Below, piece by piece: positions 61,253 through 64,000 of a DNA stretch of 64,000 nucleotides (the stretch's first letter is position 1; each line of letters starts with the position of its first letter). The stretch is from Acidimicrobiales bacterium (GTDB lineage Bacteria > Actinomycetota > Acidimicrobiia > Acidimicrobiales > RAAP-2): positions 11,972 through 75,971 of the forward strand of contig DATKRZ010000103.1 of assembly GCA_035531955.1 (NCBI GenBank), written 5' to 3'. The notes under the pieces are model-generated. The model saw nothing but the letters and a program-made list of their open reading frames with translations, had not been told where the DNA came from and ran no database searches. Made by a program: the position numbers and the translations under genes.

Positions 61253-62878
61253 TCAGGAGCCCTCGTTCACGGCGATGCCGTCGGCGAAGCGGGCCCGGAG
61301 CTCCTGTTTGAGGACCTTGCCGGCCGGATTGCGGGGCAGTCCGTCGGTGAACTCCCACCGTCGGGGCACCTTGTAGGCGGCCAGCGAGGGAAGGCAGTGG
61401 CGGCGGAGGTCGTCGGCATCGAGCCCCCACCCGGGGCGCACCACCACGATGGCAGCCAGGTCCTCGCCCAGGACGTCGTGGGGGACGCCGATCACCGCCG
61501 CTTCTTCCACGCCCGGATGCGACAGGATCGCAGACTCGACGTCCACGGCGTACACGTTGGAGCCGCCCCTGATGATCACGTCCTTGGCCCGGCCCACGAT
61601 GTAGAGGTAGCCGTCCTCGTCGATCCGGCCGATGTCGCCGGTGCGAAGCCAGCCGTCGACCCACGTGGCGGCCGTCGCCTCCGGGTCCTCGAAGTACTCG
61701 CGCGGGCGCCCGGGGATCCGCAACTCGATCTCCCCGTAGCCATCGGCCGCGGCCGGCTCTCCGTCAGGGCCGACACAGCGGACCTCGGCGGGGGGGACCG
61801 GCCTTCCGACCGAACCCGGGCGCCGAACCGCCTCGCCCTTCGGCATCACGCAGTAGACCGACCCGGCTTCGGTCATCCCGTAGTTGTTGGAGACGACGGC
61901 GTCGGGCATCCGCGCCTGCAGGCGGTCGATGGCCGAAGGCGCCAGCGGAGCGCTGCCCACCGAGCAGATGGCCACCGAGGAGAAGTCGACCTCCTCGAAG
62001 CGCGGGTGGCCCAGCAGCAGCTGCACCATCGAGGGCACGAGGAAGAGCGCCTGGGGGGCGTCCGACTCGATGAAGTCCAGCCACTGGTCGGCGTCGAAGC
62101 GGGGCTGGTACACACAGGTCATCCCGAGCTTCATGGGGGCGTAGACGAAGGCCAGACCGGCGAAGGTGGTCAACGGGCTGGCGTGGAGCCAGAGCCGCCC
62201 GGTCCACGTCGGCACACCGTTGGGGACGGTCGACGCGTTGGCATGGCGCACGGCGACACCCTTGGGCCGGCCGGTGGTCCCCGACGTGAACATGATGTCG
62301 GCGAGGTCGTCGTCGTCGACCGGGACCTGGTAGGCGGACCCGTCCTCGTCGAGCACCTCGTCCCAGTGGATGCACCGGGGCCGGTCCCCCCGGGCCCCGC
62401 CCGGCGACGGAGGCACGACGCCGGTCGGGGGCCGCTCACCCCTCGAGGCGTCGATGACCACGTCCAGCGGGGAGCCATCGTCCGGTCCCCCCAGGGCACC
62501 GTCCACGGCATCGTGGACCCGCTCGTCGTCGGCCACCTCGGCCACCACGTGGGCGTGGACGAACATGTGCCCGATCTCTGCCGGCGCAAGTCGGGGATCG
62601 AGGGGCACGGCCACCCCGCCGGAGCGGTGGATGGCCGCGTAGGCAATGACCCAGCGCAGCGCGTTGGGAGCAGCCAGCCGGATGGCCACGCGGTCGCCGC
62701 GGTTGATGCCGAGCCCGGCCATTCCCCGGGCCAGCCGATTGGCCTCGCCGTCCCACTGGCCGAAGGTGAGCTGGCCCTCCCCGATGACCCGGAAGGCGAC
62801 CTCGTCCGGATAGCGCTCCGCCATGGCGGCCAACTGGGCCACCTGGAGCGCCGAGCCACCCTTTCCCGTTCCACTCAC
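61253..62878 (-). CDS. AMP-dependent acyl-CoA synthetase/ligase
   Basis: IMFTSGTTGRPKGVAVRHAN. GTG at 62878 is 4 nt after GAGGAG. Confidence 0.88.
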   Translation of the reverse strand: MSGTGKGGSALQVAQLAAMAERYPDEVAFRVIGEGQLTFGQWDGEANRLARGMAGLGINRGDRVAIRLAAPNALRWVIAYAAIHRSGGVAVPLDPRLAPAEIGHMFVHAHVVAEVADDERVHDAVDGALGGPDDGSPLDVVIDASRGERPPTGVVPPSPGGARGDRPRCIHWDEVLDEDGSAYQVPVDDDDLADIMFTSGTTGRPKGVAVRHANASTVPNGVPTWTGRLWLHASPLTTFAGLAFVYAPMKLGMTCVYQPRFDADQWLDFIESDAPQALFLVPSMVQLLLGHPRFEEVDFSSVAICSVGSAPLAPSAIDRLQARMPDAVVSNNYGMTEAGSVYCVMPKGEAVRRPGSVGRPVPPAEVRCVGPDGEPAAADGYGEIELRIPGRPREYFEDPEATAATWVDGWLRTGDIGRIDEDGYLYIVGRAKDVIIRGGSNVYAVDVESAILSHPGVEEAAVIGVPHDVLGEDLAAIVVVRPGWGLDADDLRRHCLPSLAAYKVPRRWEFTDGLPRNPAGKVLKQELRARFADGIAVNEGS

Positions 62879-62974
62879 CGATCTCCTCTTTTCCGCACCG
62901 GACGGCGGTGCCGTCCATCGGCCCGTCCCCGGCGCGTGGGACCCCTACTCTGGCCGATCAGCTCCATCGGCCGC

Positions 62975-63808
62975 TCAGCCCAACGCCCGGCGGAGGAATC
63001 CCACCAGGCCCACCGAGGTCAGCACCGCCAACGAGAAGACCGCCACCACGAAGCAGATCCAGGTTTGGATGTGGGGCACATCGGGAGCCATCAGTCCTCT
63101 GAGCCCCTCGCTCACATAGGTCATCGGGTTGAGGGCGGAGACGACCTGGAACCACCGGATGTGGGAGAGCGAAGGCCACGGGTATTGACTCGATCCGGTG
63201 AACAGCAGGGGCGTCGTGACCAGGGCGAACGTGAGGTTGATCCGGTTGGGGGAGACAAAGGTCCCCAACACGAGGCCCATGGCCGCGCCGATGAGGGCGC
63301 CGATCACCGTCATCGCCGCCACACCGGCCGCCGCTCCGGCGCTCCACGGGATCGATCCCAACAGCCAGAGCCCGATGGGGAACATCACGGCGGCGGCGAT
63401 CACTCCCCGCATGGCCGAGACCACCACCTTCTCCAGGGCCACCGCCCCGATGGGGAGCGGCGCCAACAGGCGGTCCTCGATCTCGTTGCTGTAGGAGAAC
63501 TCGATGACCAGCGGCAGCGCCGTGCTCTGAAACCCGGTCAGGACGGCAGCCAGGGCCACCAACCCCGGAAAGAGCACATCGACGTAGCCGGGTCGGGCGT
63601 ATCCCAACTGGGTGAGGACCTTTCCGAACACGAAGAGCAAAAACAGCGGCTGGAGGATCACCTGGGCGAGGAAGAAGGGGAACTCCCGGCCGGTCACGAA
63701 GAGGTCTCGGCGCAGGATGGCCAGTGCGGCGCGCCAGGGGGTCCACGGACGGGCTCGCTCCGAAGGGGTCGGGTCAACCACCTCCTCCGTCCCTGCCGCG
63801 GTCGTCAT
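62975..63808 (-). CDS. ABC-2 type transporter permease
   Basis: About 6 hydrophobic spans: FFLAQVILQPLFLLFVFGKVL...ALNPMTYVSEGLRGLM. ATG at 63808 overlaps the upstream stop (ATGA). Confidence 0.85.
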   Translation of the reverse strand: MTTAAGTEEVVDPTPSERARPWTPWRAALAILRRDLFVTGREFPFFLAQVILQPLFLLFVFGKVLTQLGYARPGYVDVLFPGLVALAAVLTGFQSTALPLVIEFSYSNEIEDRLLAPLPIGAVALEKVVVSAMRGVIAAAVMFPIGLWLLGSIPWSAGAAAGVAAMTVIGALIGAAMGLVLGTFVSPNRINLTFALVTTPLLFTGSSQYPWPSLSHIRWFQVVSALNPMTYVSEGLRGLMAPDVPHIQTWICFVVAVFSLAVLTSVGLVGFLRRALG

Positions 63809-64000
63809 CGCAGCGACCTCCCGGTGAGGTGGATGAAGACGTCCTCCAGGGTCGGTTCGCCGAGCCGGACGTCGATGAGCCGGGCACCGACCTCGCCGAT
63901 CGCCTGGGCCACCGGCGCCACCACCGAGGCCGGATCGGCCTGTACGTAGACCCGGAAGCGCCATCCGCCGGCCCCGGGGTCGTCGAGCTCCTCCACCCGG
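63805..64000 (-). CDS. ABC transporter ATP-binding protein, C-terminal end only (rest lies beyond the window)
   Basis: Ends ...RLIDVRLGEPTLEDVFIHLTGRSLR, a typical ABC ATPase C-terminus. Coupled to the permease. Confidence 0.7.
   Translation of the reverse strand, partial: RVEELDDPGAGGWRFRVYVQADPASVVAPVAQAIGEVGARLIDVRLGEPTLEDVFIHLTGRSLR

Overview
This is a very GC-rich, actinobacterial-style chromosomal segment with about 60 protein-coding genes. Most sit in tight operons, many joined by 4-nt ATGA/GTGA stop-start overlaps. I recognised no rRNA, tRNA, CRISPR array, transposase or integrase. The content is overwhelmingly acyl-CoA, lipid, or steroid/terpenoid-type catabolism. It includes a Baeyer-Villiger monooxygenase (cut by the window edge), 2 cytochrome P450s, a KstD-like flavoprotein, a Rieske oxygenase and 2 small 3-Cys ferredoxins. 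There are 8 acyl-CoA dehydrogenase genes (4 with the catalytic-Glu motif, 3 without, 1 natural fusion of both types), 4 crotonases and 4 acyl-CoA synthetases. Five thiolase-fold proteins appear in three different associations with DUF35/OB domains. There is also a TPP-dependent E1alpha/E1beta pair with an orphan 82-aa lipoyl carrier. Other enzymes are a family III CoA-transferase, 2 SDRs, 2 amidohydrolases, a GMC oxidoreductase with its small subunit, a Zn-ADH, an FGGY kinase, a class II aldolase and a copper amine oxidase. Three TetR regulators, an MFS pump, a DMT-like membrane protein and part of an ABC-2 exporter are present. Accessory features are two PIN-toxin TA cassettes with leaderless-type promoters and repeat operators, and a lower-GC islet at about 25.5-28.4 kb (VOC, hypothetical, GNAT, and an 84-aa ORF with Ser at every third residue). 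The signals I consider most worth follow-up are these. (1) Two independent three-rung ladders of ATGA-chained mini-ORFs, built from 14- and 17-nt tandem repeats, carry the only Shine-Dalgarno (SD) sequence for a thiolase and an alcohol dehydrogenase. (2) The (Ser-X-X)23 micro-ORF. (3) The E1alpha/beta plus lipoyl-carrier-only module sits in an operon with an HMG-CoA-synthase-like::DUF35 fusion and a thiolase. (4) A crotonase has a rearranged domain order. (5) A catalytic-triad-less alpha/beta-hydrolase is translationally coupled between a flavoprotein and a Rieske oxygenase. All functional calls rest on motif recognition by eye; no database search was run.
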